Notes: generated by a model not told the origin, from the letters alone. Numbered from the stretch's first letter, positions 1 through 9,396 are shown. The stretch: DNA of 64,000 bases from Methanomassiliicoccaceae archaeon (GCA_963728405.1 CAVSJV010000007.1:192001-256000); one strand, 5' to 3'. Made by a program: numbers and translations.

Positions 1-89
1 GCCCTTTTCTTTCAGGTCTTTTCAGCCTATTTCTACATGGAATTTTTCCAATCCAGTTAATTATCTGTCTCGAGAAGCCAAACTCTTTT

Positions 90-290
90 TTACCGCTCTA
101 CATCGAAGTAGATCCGTACCAGTGCGTGGTACTCGGTTATGTGTCCCTCCCCGACCATGCAGTCAAGCTCCCTTACCCTGACCCACCGGATGTTCCTGAC
201 CGTCTTGGCGGTCTCGGTGACCGCATCATCGACCGCCTTGGCGAAGCTCTCCGGCGATATTCCAACGATCTCCAGTACTTTCTCAACCAT
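90..290 (-). CDS. Dodecin family flavin-binding protein
   Basis: 66 aa MVEKVLEIVGISPESFAKAVDDAVTETAKTVRNIRWVRVRE...ITEYHALVRIYF matches the dodecin pattern (ELVGxSxxS...AxxTxxxxxW). Start taken at ATG 290 rather than the ORF-track start 323. Confidence 0.85.
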   Translation of the reverse strand: MVEKVLEIVGISPESFAKAVDDAVTETAKTVRNIRWVRVRELDCMVGEGHITEYHALVRIYFDVER

Positions 291-323
291 GGTATCGTGG
301 AAGAACGTGGGCAGGAAGAACAC

Positions 324-779
324 TTATAAATTTGGTTTTCCCCGGGGGGTCAGCTGGGCAATGGTGTCCAGTTCGGTGTTCAATAATGCATCCGCCCGGG
401 TGATCATGGGGTTTTCGCGGGGTACGTGGCGGAAGGAGGCTTTCGTGAACCCCTTCATCAGGGCCCTCACCTCGGCAAGCAGGGGTTGTAGATTGGGGGC
501 CTTGCAAGAGTACTGGCCATTTACGTGTTTGACCACCAGTTCCGAGTCCATGACCATCTCGACCTCATCGGCTCCGAGGGCTTTCGCCTCCTTCAGGCCG
601 GCGATGGCCCCTTGGTACTCGGCTACGTTATTGGTATCCTTCCCCGCATAGCGGGCGAACTCCTTGAGCACCTTATTGGTGCCGTCTGTCATTATGACCG
701 CGTATGCCGAGGGCCCGGGATTACCGCGGGACCCACCGTCGGTGTAGACCGTGAGCTTAATGATGACCACCCTGCCCAA
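324..779 (-). CDS. rnhA: Ribonuclease HI (type 1, archaeal/Bacillus-like)
   Basis: Motifs YTDGGSRGNPG, TNNVAEY, DSELVV, HVPRE.P..RADAL; DEDD catalytic set present. Exact start uncertain. Confidence 0.92.
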   Translation of the reverse strand: MGRVVIIKLTVYTDGGSRGNPGPSAYAVIMTDGTNKVLKEFARYAGKDTNNVAEYQGAIAGLKEAKALGADEVEMVMDSELVVKHVNGQYSCKAPNLQPLLAEVRALMKGFTKASFRHVPRENPMITRADALLNTELDTIAQLTPRGKPNL

Positions 780-805
780 GAATGAAGAAGAGGATAATAA
801 GAGGT

Positions 806-1177
806 TCAGTCCGGATTGACGGACTCAAGGGTCTCGACATACTGGTTCTTTTCATTCACCAGGACGATCTTAGGAGTGATCGGCTTGTCCGTAAGCTCAA
901 AGGCCATGATGATCAGACGGTCCCCCGGTTTCACCAGCCGGGCCGCCGCCCCGTTCACACAGATCGTGCCGGAACCGGGCTCTCCCTCTACAGTATAGGT
1001 CTCGAACCTGGAACCGTTGTTGATGTCGGAGACGAGGACCTTTTCGCCCACCCATATGTCGGCCCTTACTAAGAGATCACGGTCGATAGTGATGCTACCG
1101 ATGTATTCTGTGTTAGCGTCAGTGACCACCGCACGATGGATCTTCCCTCTCAAGAGGCAACGCATAATATCGAGCAT
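806..1177 (-). CDS. panD: Pyruvoyl-dependent aspartate 1-decarboxylase
   Basis: [11 protein letters not shown]|SITID self-cleavage site, [24 protein letters not shown]. Confidence 0.95.
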   Translation of the reverse strand: MLDIMRCLLRGKIHRAVVTDANTEYIGSITIDRDLLVRADIWVGEKVLVSDINNGSRFETYTVEGEPGSGTICVNGAAARLVKPGDRLIIMAFELTDKPITPKIVLVNEKNQYVETLESVNPD

Positions 1178-1357
1178 AGTGCCCTAGTTCAAGAACCTTT
1201 CCTAGATGCAAGAACAACGAGCGGAAGCTCCTGGGGGTCGCCCCCAGGGTCACCATCGTTAAATCTGGATTGACATAACATTTTTATTGGTAGCTGCCTT
1301 TCTAAGGTCTGCGGAGGTCGTGACAAATCTCTGCATAATGAGACAAGGGGATTCAAA

Positions 1358-2449
1358 ATGAACAATAAAAAGTTATTAGCTGTAGCTGTAGTGGCCATAT
1401 TGGTCGTCGCTAGCCTGGCTGCGACACTTCTCATCATAAATGGTGGTAAGAGCGCCTCCGGGGTGTCCGCAGTAAGGGACAATGCCATATACTGGATACC
1501 TTCCGGCACACTCACCATCTCTCCCAAGATGGTGGGTGCCTTGGAAAACTTGGCGTACTGGATTCATCCCGAGCTTTTCACGCAGGGTGCGAATACAACT
1601 TCCCTGAACGTCAGTGGTGACGCTTCAGATGCCTCCGGTTCGAGCCTATATATCGTTGATGATCGGGGCGTGAACATCACTTTCACTAGCTCTCCACAGA
1701 GAATCGTCTCTCTCGGTTCATCCTTCACTGACATCATCGTGTCCCTTGGCGGGGGTAGCAGGATTGTAGGTGTAGACCAGTCGAGCGCTTCGGTCTCCAA
1801 CGTCTCTGGGGCGACCAACCTTGGACAGACCAGTTCTGTAAGCATTGAGAGCCTCTTGGCATTGACGCCAGATGTTGTGTTCATTTGGAACTTTGGGATG
1901 TATGGGAATATCATCTCCAACATGGAGAGCAACGGCCTGAATGTCGTGAGCCTGTATCCGAAGACGGTTAGCGATGGGATGAACACCATGGACCGAATAG
2001 GCTCGTTGATTGGTGGCAATGCCACGCAGCTGGTGGACACGCTGCAGGATAGAATGAATACTGTGATCAACAAGACCCAGAACCTGACTGCGGATCAGAA
2101 GCCGAGGGTCTATCTGGAGCTGGCCACCTATGGTGGACAGACTGTGTCCAATGGCACACTCTCGAACGAGCTCATTAAGCTGGCCGGCGGTACCAACATC
2201 TTCGCCAACGGGACCGGCAATTGGAAGGCCAGTACTGAATGGATTATCCAAAAGGACCCACAGGTGATCGTCTTCGAGAACTCGTCTAGCATGCTCAGCC
2301 AGCAGAAGACCGAGCTCGAGAGCCTGGGGTACGTTTGGCCAGCACAAACCAATGTTGCCATCCAGACGTCCTCTGGAGTGATTCTCAAGTATCGCGAGAT
2401 AATTTATGGATTTGAGAACACTGAGGGCTGTGGTCACCTCGATCTTTAG
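1358..2449 (+). CDS. ABC transporter substrate-binding protein, BtuF/iron-siderophore class, apparently circularly permuted
   Basis: N-terminal signal/anchor, DDRG...PQRIVSL, ESLLALTPDVVF, KPRVYLE, ELIKLAGGTNIF, EWIIQKDPQVIV; first gene of the ABC operon. Confidence 0.88.
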   Translation: MNNKKLLAVAVVAILVVASLAATLLIINGGKSASGVSAVRDNAIYWIPSGTLTISPKMVGALENLAYWIHPELFTQGANTTSLNVSGDASDASGSSLYIVDDRGVNITFTSSPQRIVSLGSSFTDIIVSLGGGSRIVGVDQSSASVSNVSGATNLGQTSSVSIESLLALTPDVVFIWNFGMYGNIISNMESNGLNVVSLYPKTVSDGMNTMDRIGSLIGGNATQLVDTLQDRMNTVINKTQNLTADQKPRVYLELATYGGQTVSNGTLSNELIKLAGGTNIFANGTGNWKASTEWIIQKDPQVIVFENSSSMLSQQKTELESLGYVWPAQTNVAIQTSSGVILKYREIIYGFENTEGCGHLDL

Positions 2450-2536
2450 TGGTTCCGGCCAAACCTTTTCGTTTCTTCCCATTTTTGACCGAGAGGGCAT
2501 GCTCTAATATCTGAAAATCATCATGGGGTCTCGGAC

Positions 2537-3577
2537 ATGGCATCATCGGACATAGCAGAGATACAGAGGGTCAAGGTCTTCCACTGGACGATGATCTTGT
2601 CCGGTCTTGTTCTGGGCCTCTTTGCTACCATCGTCATATGCCTAAGCATAGGTTCGGTCAGCATCCCCTTTGGAGAGGTGATCGATGTCCTCTTAGGTGG
2701 AGGGACCAGCCTCGAGCGTCAGATCCTCCTCAATCTGCGCCTGCCCAGAATTCTCCTTGCGGGCCTGGTAGGGGCGGCACTCTCGGTCGCCGGGGCGACT
2801 ATGCAGGGTCTATTCCGCAACCCCATGGCCTCCCCATCCATCATAGGCATCTCTTATGGTGCCGCCTTCGGAGCGGCGATGACCATGGTCTTGGGCATTT
2901 CCTGGTTGACTGGGGACATGGCCGTGCCAGCGATGGCCTTCCTGTTCTCCTTCGTCACTCTGTTCCTGGTCTACATGATTTCGCGCAACCGGAACGGGTA
3001 TGTGCCCGTGGAGACCCTTCTGCTGGCCGGTATAGCGGTCGGCTCTTTATTCTCGGCTTTGGTCTCGGCCATGGAGTACTTCGCTGGGGAGAAGCTCTCC
3101 GGGGTCGTGTTCTGGCTCATGGGCGGGTTCTACCAAACCACTTGGGTTCAGGTCGGAATATCTTTCTTTCCCATTGTGGCGGGGTGCGTGGTCATTATGT
3201 TCCTCGCCCACGAGCTGAATGTTATGATGGTGGGCGAAGAGCAGGCCGGTAACCTTGGAATAAACGTCAACCGGGTACGGATTATGCTGCTTCTTGCTTC
3301 CTCCCTGCTGACTGCCATAGCGGTTTCCTTCTGTGGGATAATAGGTTTCGTTGGCCTGATAATCCCCCACGTCGTCCGCATCATAGTGGGCCCAGACCAT
3401 CGCATCCTGATCCCATGCTCGATAGTGGGTGGGGCGCTGTTCATGATATGGACAGACATGGTTGCCAGGACCATAATCGCCCCCGCAGAGCTGCCGGTGG
3501 GGATTATCACGTCCCTCGTGGGCGCGCCGTTCTTCATCTACCTGCTGATGTCCCGTAAGCGGTCCATGGGGTGGTAG
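2537..3577 (+). CDS. FecCD/BtuC-family ABC permease
   Basis: LRLPRILLA, QGLFRNPMASP, GEEQAGNLG, GIIGFVGLIIPH, ELPVGIITSLVGAPFF. Confidence 0.95.
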   Translation: MASSDIAEIQRVKVFHWTMILSGLVLGLFATIVICLSIGSVSIPFGEVIDVLLGGGTSLERQILLNLRLPRILLAGLVGAALSVAGATMQGLFRNPMASPSIIGISYGAAFGAAMTMVLGISWLTGDMAVPAMAFLFSFVTLFLVYMISRNRNGYVPVETLLLAGIAVGSLFSALVSAMEYFAGEKLSGVVFWLMGGFYQTTWVQVGISFFPIVAGCVVIMFLAHELNVMMVGEEQAGNLGINVNRVRIMLLLASSLLTAIAVSFCGIIGFVGLIIPHVVRIIVGPDHRILIPCSIVGGALFMIWTDMVARTIIAPAELPVGIITSLVGAPFFIYLLMSRKRSMGW

Positions 3578-3590
3578 GACGAAGCTCTCG

Positions 3591-4373
3591 GTGCGCGGCA
3601 TCTGTTTCCGGTACACTAGCTCGCCGGTGCTCTCCGATGTTAGTATGGAGGCGAAGGATGGAGAGATAATCGGCATCCTCGGCCCCAATGGCTCTGGGAA
3701 GACCACTCTGCTGAAGTGCCTCAATCGATCGCTTACGCCAAGGGAAGGGACCGTTCTCATCGACGACAAGGATTCCAAGGACCTGAGCCGGAGGGAGATC
3801 GCCACTCGCATCGGGGTCGTGCCCCAGGGGGCGAACATCAACTTCCCGTTCAAAGCGCTTGACATCGTCATGATGGGGCGGACCCCCGAGATCAAGAGGT
3901 TCGAGTCTGAGACCAAGAGGGACATCGAGATCGTCAAGGAGGCCATGGTGATGACCAACATCGAGCACCTTGCCAACCGATCGATGGACCAGATCAGTGG
4001 CGGAGAGAAGCAGCGGGTCATCATCGCTCGGGCGCTGGCTCAGAAACCTCGCATCCTCCTTCTGGACGAACCGACCCTCCACCTGGACGTCAACCACCAG
4101 CTGGACATCCTGGACCTCATCACCGGCCTGGCGCGAAAGGAAAAGCTGGTGGTGATAATCGTCACTCATGACCTGGCACTGGCGGCCCGCTACTGTGACA
4201 AGGTGATCCTCATGCAGAACGGTCGGATCCAGGCCGCTGGTGACATCACCGATGTGCTGACGACCGAGAACATGAGGAAGGTCTTTTCCATCGAGGCCAC
4301 CATCTACTTCGACGAACGGATCGGCGCCCATGGCGTATCGATCATCCGTTCGACCAAGGGAGACGATATCTGA
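3591..4373 (+). CDS. ABC ATP-binding protein (FecE/BtuD type)
   Basis: Walker A GPNGSGKT, signature ISGGEKQR, Walker B LLLDEPT, H-loop VTHD. The true start may be ACG at 3579 (see findings). Confidence 0.95.
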   Translation: MRGICFRYTSSPVLSDVSMEAKDGEIIGILGPNGSGKTTLLKCLNRSLTPREGTVLIDDKDSKDLSRREIATRIGVVPQGANINFPFKALDIVMMGRTPEIKRFESETKRDIEIVKEAMVMTNIEHLANRSMDQISGGEKQRVIIARALAQKPRILLLDEPTLHLDVNHQLDILDLITGLARKEKLVVIIVTHDLALAARYCDKVILMQNGRIQAAGDITDVLTTENMRKVFSIEATIYFDERIGAHGVSIIRSTKGDDI

Positions 4374-4448
4374 GGCGCGGGTACTTTTTTACAAGGGCCG
4401 GGACAGTTATATTACTTATGTCCTACACTTATAATGTGAGGAGGGGCC

Positions 4449-5546
4449 TTGAGCGGCACCACCGCGTTCCTGTATAGCGAGGATTTTCTGCTCTATCAGT
4501 TCGGTCCAGGTCATCCCTTTCAACCGATCAGGGAGAAGCTGACGTTGGACACCCTGGCCTCCCTCGGCGTCTTCGAGGACTGCTCCTCCCAGGTCGTGGT
4601 ACCGACCCCGGTGGATATGGAGCACTTGAACCGTGTGCATCCGTCGGAGTTCGTCTCCCTGGTCGAGAAGACCTGTATGGAAGAAGGGGAGCTAGATCAG
4701 GGCGATACGCCTGCCAACCCCGGCCTGTTCAAAGGAGCGCTCTCGGCGGTCGGGGCGACCTTGCGGGGGGTTAAAGGGATCATGGAGGGTGAGTTCGATC
4801 ATGCCTTCAATCCCGCGGGAGGACTGCATCACGCCCACCCCACTCGTTCCTCAGGCTTCTGCGTATTCAATGACATCGCAGTGGCGGTGCGAGCATTGCA
4901 GAAGGACCATGGTCTCCAGCGCATCGCTGTGGTGGACATCGACGGCCATCACGGTGACGGAACTCAGGACATCTTCTACGATGAGAGCGTGCTGACGATA
5001 TCCCTTCACCGTTATGGGCGGGGTTTCTTCCCTGGTTCAGGAGGGACGGAAGAGCGGGGAGCGGGTGAGGGCAAGGGTTACAATGTCAACATCCCGCTGC
5101 CGGCCGGCACGGACGATAATCTGTATCTGCGGGCCTTCCGGGCCATTGTGATCCCGGCATTGCGCTCCTACCAGCCGCAGCTCATCATCCACCAGTTCGG
5201 GGTCGACGGCCACCACCGTGATCCCCTGGTCGGCCTGGGGCTGACCACGCGGGGGTTCGAGGAGATGTCCAGGATGACCCATGATGCTGCGCACGAGCTC
5301 TGCGATGGCCGGTACATGGTCGTGGGCGGCGGAGGCTACGACATCGACGCGACCAGAAGGGCCTGGTCGATCATGTTCGCCTCCCTGTCGGGGGCCTATC
5401 CTCTGGGCAGTGGCAGGATCGCCGCTCTGCATGATCGGGAGGAGCTGTTCTCGGACGAGCGTAATGCAACCGAGGTCAACAAAGTCATCGATAAGCAGGA
5501 AGAGGCGTCCCTCCCGATGTTGGAGCGGGTGATACGGTACGCTTGA
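4449..5546 (+). CDS. Histone deacetylase/AcuC-family Zn deacetylase
   Basis: GPGHP, GGLHHA, SGFCVFND, VDIDGHHGDGTQ, FFPGSG, GVDGH..DPL, GGGGY; TTG start after GAGGAGGGG. Confidence 0.93.
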   Translation: MSGTTAFLYSEDFLLYQFGPGHPFQPIREKLTLDTLASLGVFEDCSSQVVVPTPVDMEHLNRVHPSEFVSLVEKTCMEEGELDQGDTPANPGLFKGALSAVGATLRGVKGIMEGEFDHAFNPAGGLHHAHPTRSSGFCVFNDIAVAVRALQKDHGLQRIAVVDIDGHHGDGTQDIFYDESVLTISLHRYGRGFFPGSGGTEERGAGEGKGYNVNIPLPAGTDDNLYLRAFRAIVIPALRSYQPQLIIHQFGVDGHHRDPLVGLGLTTRGFEEMSRMTHDAAHELCDGRYMVVGGGGYDIDATRRAWSIMFASLSGAYPLGSGRIAALHDREELFSDERNATEVNKVIDKQEEASLPMLERVIRYA

Positions 5547-5564
5547 AGATAGAAGAAGAGCGAT

Positions 5565-5640
5565 TGGCGCCCTGGTCGGGATTTGAACCCGAGTCGAAGC
5601 CTCGACAGGGCTTCATGATAGGCCGCTACACTACCAGGGC
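5565..5640 (-). tRNA. tRNA-Asp(GTC), CCA encoded
   Basis: Reverse complement GCCCTGGTAGTGTAGCGGCCTATCATGAAGCCCTGTCGAGGCTTCGACTCGGGTTCAAATCCCGACCAGGGCGCCA folds into a cloverleaf with anticodon GTC and discriminator G. Confidence 0.97.
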
Positions 5641-5667
5641 GTGCTTTTGACCCAAATATGTAAGTCC

Positions 5668-5682
5668 TATATATGGGTTTTC
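5668..5682 (-). promoter_or_regulatory. BRE/TATA promoter of tRNA-Asp
   Basis: Minus-strand GAAAACCCATATATA about 28 nt upstream of the tRNA 5' end. Confidence 0.6.
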
Positions 5683-5865
5683 TAACGCTCTGGTTGCTGG
5701 GGGGGTCTCAATAATAAGAAAACGAACGATTATGGTCATGTTAAGACATAGTATTTTGATGGGCCAGCTATGAATGGTGGTCTAAGGGGTCTGTTAATTA
5801 CCAATACTTGGTAGTTGCATCAGGTTTAAGTGGAGGGCCCATAATATTAGCCCTGGAAGGCCACC

Positions 5866-6684
5866 ATGGACGGCAAGCTGAGAGTAAGCGACTACATGGT
5901 CAAGGAAGTTGTTTCCATACCTCCAGACTTCACTGTAGAACAGGCCAGGCAGAAGCTCATCAACACCGAGTTCCACGGGCTTCCCGTGGCCGAAGATGGC
6001 CGGATCATCGGGTTCGTCACCTCCAAAGAGCTGCTGAGGGCCATCGACCGGCCGAACGTCAAGGTCCGGGACATCATCAAGGTCGGGACCATCACCGTCT
6101 CACCGGAAATGGACATCGATGACGCGTCGAGGATCTTGTTCCGGTACGGCCTGCGAAACGTGCCTGTGGTCGACGAGAACGGCCTAGCGGTGGGGATGCT
6201 GTCCAACATAGACATCATCCGCTCCCACATCGAGAAGGCCACTCCCAACAAGATCAACATGTTGAAGACCTTCCTGGAAAAGAAGCACGGGATCAGGATC
6301 ACGGTCAAGCGACGAATAATCCCCATCGAATCGATCAGACCGACCCAGCATGAGGTGTTCGCCGACGAGCTGCGTGGAAGGCAATATGAGATTAAGAGGG
6401 GACTGGTCGAACCGCTCATCGTCATCCAGAAAAATAGTCACTACGTACTGGTGGATGGGCACCACCGCGTTCTCGCGGCCAGGGACATGGGTGTGCGGCA
6501 GTTCCAGGCTTTCGTTCTGGAGCCGGACCGCGAGGTCGAGCTGGGCATGGAGCGGTCCGCCGATGAGATGGGCGTCCGCACCCTGGATGATGTCAAGATC
6601 CTCCAGGGGTCGCATCACCCGCTCGTCCAGGTCTATACGAGATTATTAAAAGACGAGATACCGGCGAGCACCACTAGGCAGTGA
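5866..6684 (+). CDS. CBS-pair plus ParB/Srx-like domain protein
   Basis: Two CBS repeats (VSDYMVKEVV...GLPV; VRDII...NVPVVDE) followed by IRPTQ...PLIV...LVDGHHRV. Confidence 0.9.
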   Translation: MDGKLRVSDYMVKEVVSIPPDFTVEQARQKLINTEFHGLPVAEDGRIIGFVTSKELLRAIDRPNVKVRDIIKVGTITVSPEMDIDDASRILFRYGLRNVPVVDENGLAVGMLSNIDIIRSHIEKATPNKINMLKTFLEKKHGIRITVKRRIIPIESIRPTQHEVFADELRGRQYEIKRGLVEPLIVIQKNSHYVLVDGHHRVLAARDMGVRQFQAFVLEPDREVELGMERSADEMGVRTLDDVKILQGSHHPLVQVYTRLLKDEIPASTTRQ

Positions 6685-6706
6685 CGCCCACCGGTCGTTT
6701 TTCTTT

Positions 6707-9013
6707 CTACTTCTTGCGTATGGCTTCGAGGATCATCCTCTGTTCCGCGGCGGCCACATGGTTCATGGTCTTCTGTACGGTGTCAGCGTTCAAGCTGATG
6801 GAATCTATCCCCGCCCGTACGAGGAACTCACAGAATTCGGGATAGACCGAAGGCGCTTGGCCGCAGATGCCCACCGGGACGCCCTTGTTGTGGGCGTGCT
6901 TGATGAGGTGGGCGATGGCCCGCTTGATCGCTAGGTTCCGCTCGTCGAAATAACCCATGCGGCCCAGGACGTCTGAGTCTCTGTCCGCGCCCATGGTGAG
7001 CTGTGTCAGGTCATTCGAGCCGATGGAGAAGCCATCGCAAACCTCGGCGAACTCTTCGGCCATGAATACGATGACCGGCACCTCGGCCATGAGATAAAGT
7101 TTGAAGTCGTCTCCGCGGTACAGACCGACGCCGTTCATCATCTGCTCGATCTTCTTGACCTCGTCCACCGTGCGGACGAAGGGCAGCATGACCCAGATGT
7201 TCTTCAGCCCCATCTCATCGCGAGCTTTCTTAACGGCCTTCAGCTCCGCCAGGAATGCATCGCGGTACGAGTCCGAGACGTACCTCGAGCAGCCACGCCA
7301 GCCGATCATGGGGTTCTGTTCCTTCGGCTCGTACTTGGAGCCGCCCTTCATGTCGTGATACTCGTTCGTCTTGAAGTCGGAGGTACGCAGGATGATCGGG
7401 CGGGGATAGAATGCCTTCGCGACCATCGAGATGCCCTGAGCGAGCTTGTCCACGAGCTCGCTCTCCCGTCCCTGCTCAATGAGGGAGCAGGGGTGCTCCT
7501 GGATGTAAGAGGTGAAGAGGAACTCGATGCGCATCAGGCCGACGCCCTGAACCGGCAATTGGGCGTACTCTTCAGCCTTCTGCGGCACGCCGACGTTCAC
7601 CATGATCTTGGTAGCGGTGATCGGCGCGGCAACGGAGGTGGCGATGGCTGCCACAACGGTCGGCTTGTCCCCCTTCTTCTCCATGCCCTCGTACACCACG
7701 CCCATCTGGCCATGGACGGTGACGCCCATGCCGTCCTTGAGCACCTTGGTTGCTTGCGTTGCACCGACAATGCACGGTATGCCCAGCTCGCGAGCGACGA
7801 TAGCTGCATGGCAGGTCATTCCGCCCTCGTCAGTGACAATGGCCACTGCCCTGCTCATGGCTGGGACCATGTCCGGGGAGGTCATCTGGGTTACCATTAT
7901 ATCGCCCTGCTTGACCACGTCCAGGCCCATGCATTCTTCGTAGATGCGCACCGGTCCGCAGGCGATCCCAGGGCTTGCTCCCAAGCCCTTCACCAGGATG
8001 CTCCTAGAGGCTTCCATCTTCTCTTCCTCCTTCTTGACTTCCTTCCCGCCGTTCTTGTCCTTGGAAAGGGTGGTGACCGGGCGGGCCTGCACGATGAACA
8101 TTTCGTCGCCCTCCTTGGCCCACTCGATGTCCATTGGGCGATCGTAATGCATCTCGATCTGGTTGCCGATCTCAGCTAAGTCCAGGATCTGTTCGTCGGT
8201 GAGCTTCTGCTTGTTGGCAAGGTTCGCGGGTACGTCCTTCTTCATGCACTCTCCGCTTTCACCCCGGACCAATTTCCAGGTCTGGTTGGAGATGCGCTTG
8301 TTGAGGATCTTGCGGTGGAATTTGTCCACGACGTAGGTGTCTGGAGTTACCTTTCCACCCACTAGCGCCTCTCCCAATCCGTACCCTGCCTCTATGATGA
8401 TGTGGGGAAGCTCGGAGTTGGGGTCGATGGTGAACATGATGCCAGAGTATTCGGAGTTGACCATGCGCTGGATGACCACCGCCAGCTTCACCTTGTCGTG
8501 TTCGAAGTTCTTCGATACGCGGTAGGCCAGGGCCCTGGGGGTGAAAAGGGAGGACCAACACTTCTTGACGCTCATTATTAGCGTCTTAGGCTCGGACACG
8601 TTCAGGTAGGTGTCCTGTTGTCCGGCGAACGACGCCGTCGGCAGGTCCTCGGCGGTTGCGGAGGACCGGACCGCCACTAGCGGGAAGGTGCCCTTGCCTA
8701 GCTTCCTATATTCCTCCACGATGGCGTCCTCGAGGTCCTTGGGCACTTCGCCCTGTTCGAACGCCTTCCGGATGCTGCTTGAGGCCTCCTGCAGCGCAAC
8801 ATCCGAGGACACATCGAGCGTGGCGAGAACGGTACTCAGGACCTCTTCTAGATTATTGTGCTTGAGAAAATAGTCATAAACTTCAGTGGTGAGCACGAAT
8901 CCCGGCGGTACTTCGAAACCCGCGGAGGTAAGCTCGCCAAGGTTCGCGGCCTTGCCGCCTGCGATCGGTATATCGTTCACTCCAAGGTTCTTGATGCTCA
9001 TTATCCGTTTCAT
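6707..9013 (-). CDS. ppsA: Phosphoenolpyruvate synthase
   Basis: GGKAANLGEL, VRSSATAEDL...SFAGQQDT, phospho-His motif GGMTCHAAIVARELG, NPMIGWRG, FSIGSNDLTQL, GICGQAPS. Confidence 0.97.
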   Translation of the reverse strand: MKRIMSIKNLGVNDIPIAGGKAANLGELTSAGFEVPPGFVLTTEVYDYFLKHNNLEEVLSTVLATLDVSSDVALQEASSSIRKAFEQGEVPKDLEDAIVEEYRKLGKGTFPLVAVRSSATAEDLPTASFAGQQDTYLNVSEPKTLIMSVKKCWSSLFTPRALAYRVSKNFEHDKVKLAVVIQRMVNSEYSGIMFTIDPNSELPHIIIEAGYGLGEALVGGKVTPDTYVVDKFHRKILNKRISNQTWKLVRGESGECMKKDVPANLANKQKLTDEQILDLAEIGNQIEMHYDRPMDIEWAKEGDEMFIVQARPVTTLSKDKNGGKEVKKEEEKMEASRSILVKGLGASPGIACGPVRIYEECMGLDVVKQGDIMVTQMTSPDMVPAMSRAVAIVTDEGGMTCHAAIVARELGIPCIVGATQATKVLKDGMGVTVHGQMGVVYEGMEKKGDKPTVVAAIATSVAAPITATKIMVNVGVPQKAEEYAQLPVQGVGLMRIEFLFTSYIQEHPCSLIEQGRESELVDKLAQGISMVAKAFYPRPIILRTSDFKTNEYHDMKGGSKYEPKEQNPMIGWRGCSRYVSDSYRDAFLAELKAVKKARDEMGLKNIWVMLPFVRTVDEVKKIEQMMNGVGLYRGDDFKLYLMAEVPVIVFMAEEFAEVCDGFSIGSNDLTQLTMGADRDSDVLGRMGYFDERNLAIKRAIAHLIKHAHNKGVPVGICGQAPSVYPEFCEFLVRAGIDSISLNADTVQKTMNHVAAAEQRMILEAIRKK

Positions 9014-9396
9014 GATTGATCCCCGGTCGGACTCCAGTCTTTACAAGGAGCGAGGGTCACATGATATGTTCCCACCTGATCGTGGGCTTCCCGCTCCTGC
9101 TACATGGCGCATCGTTCCTGCATCGTCCACCGCCGCCGCGAGGGTCTTACGCGATGTCCCGCCTCGTCCCTGAAAGGAGGTCATCGGATCAATGCAGGCG
9201 TGACTTCGGGCCGGTCCGGCCCTAGTGATTGTGGAGTAGGTCAGGGAACTATATCCCACTTTCGGGTTGGTCTTCGAAAAAATATATAATTTGCTTATTT
9301 TCCGACACATTTCTATTAGGGATATCGATATATGCAAAACCATCCCCTCTATACCAATGGCTTTGGCCAGAGTATGATATCTCGCACAAATGCCGA

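Noticed and set aside
2447-2490. Amber read-through restoring the missing C-terminus of the binding protein
   Set aside because: Read-through adds only about 13 codons (WFRPNLFVSSHF) before TGA and does not supply the missing motif.
5866-6684. Chromosome partitioning (parAB) locus
   Set aside because: No ParA gene and no HTH; the ParB-like domain is fused to CBS repeats.
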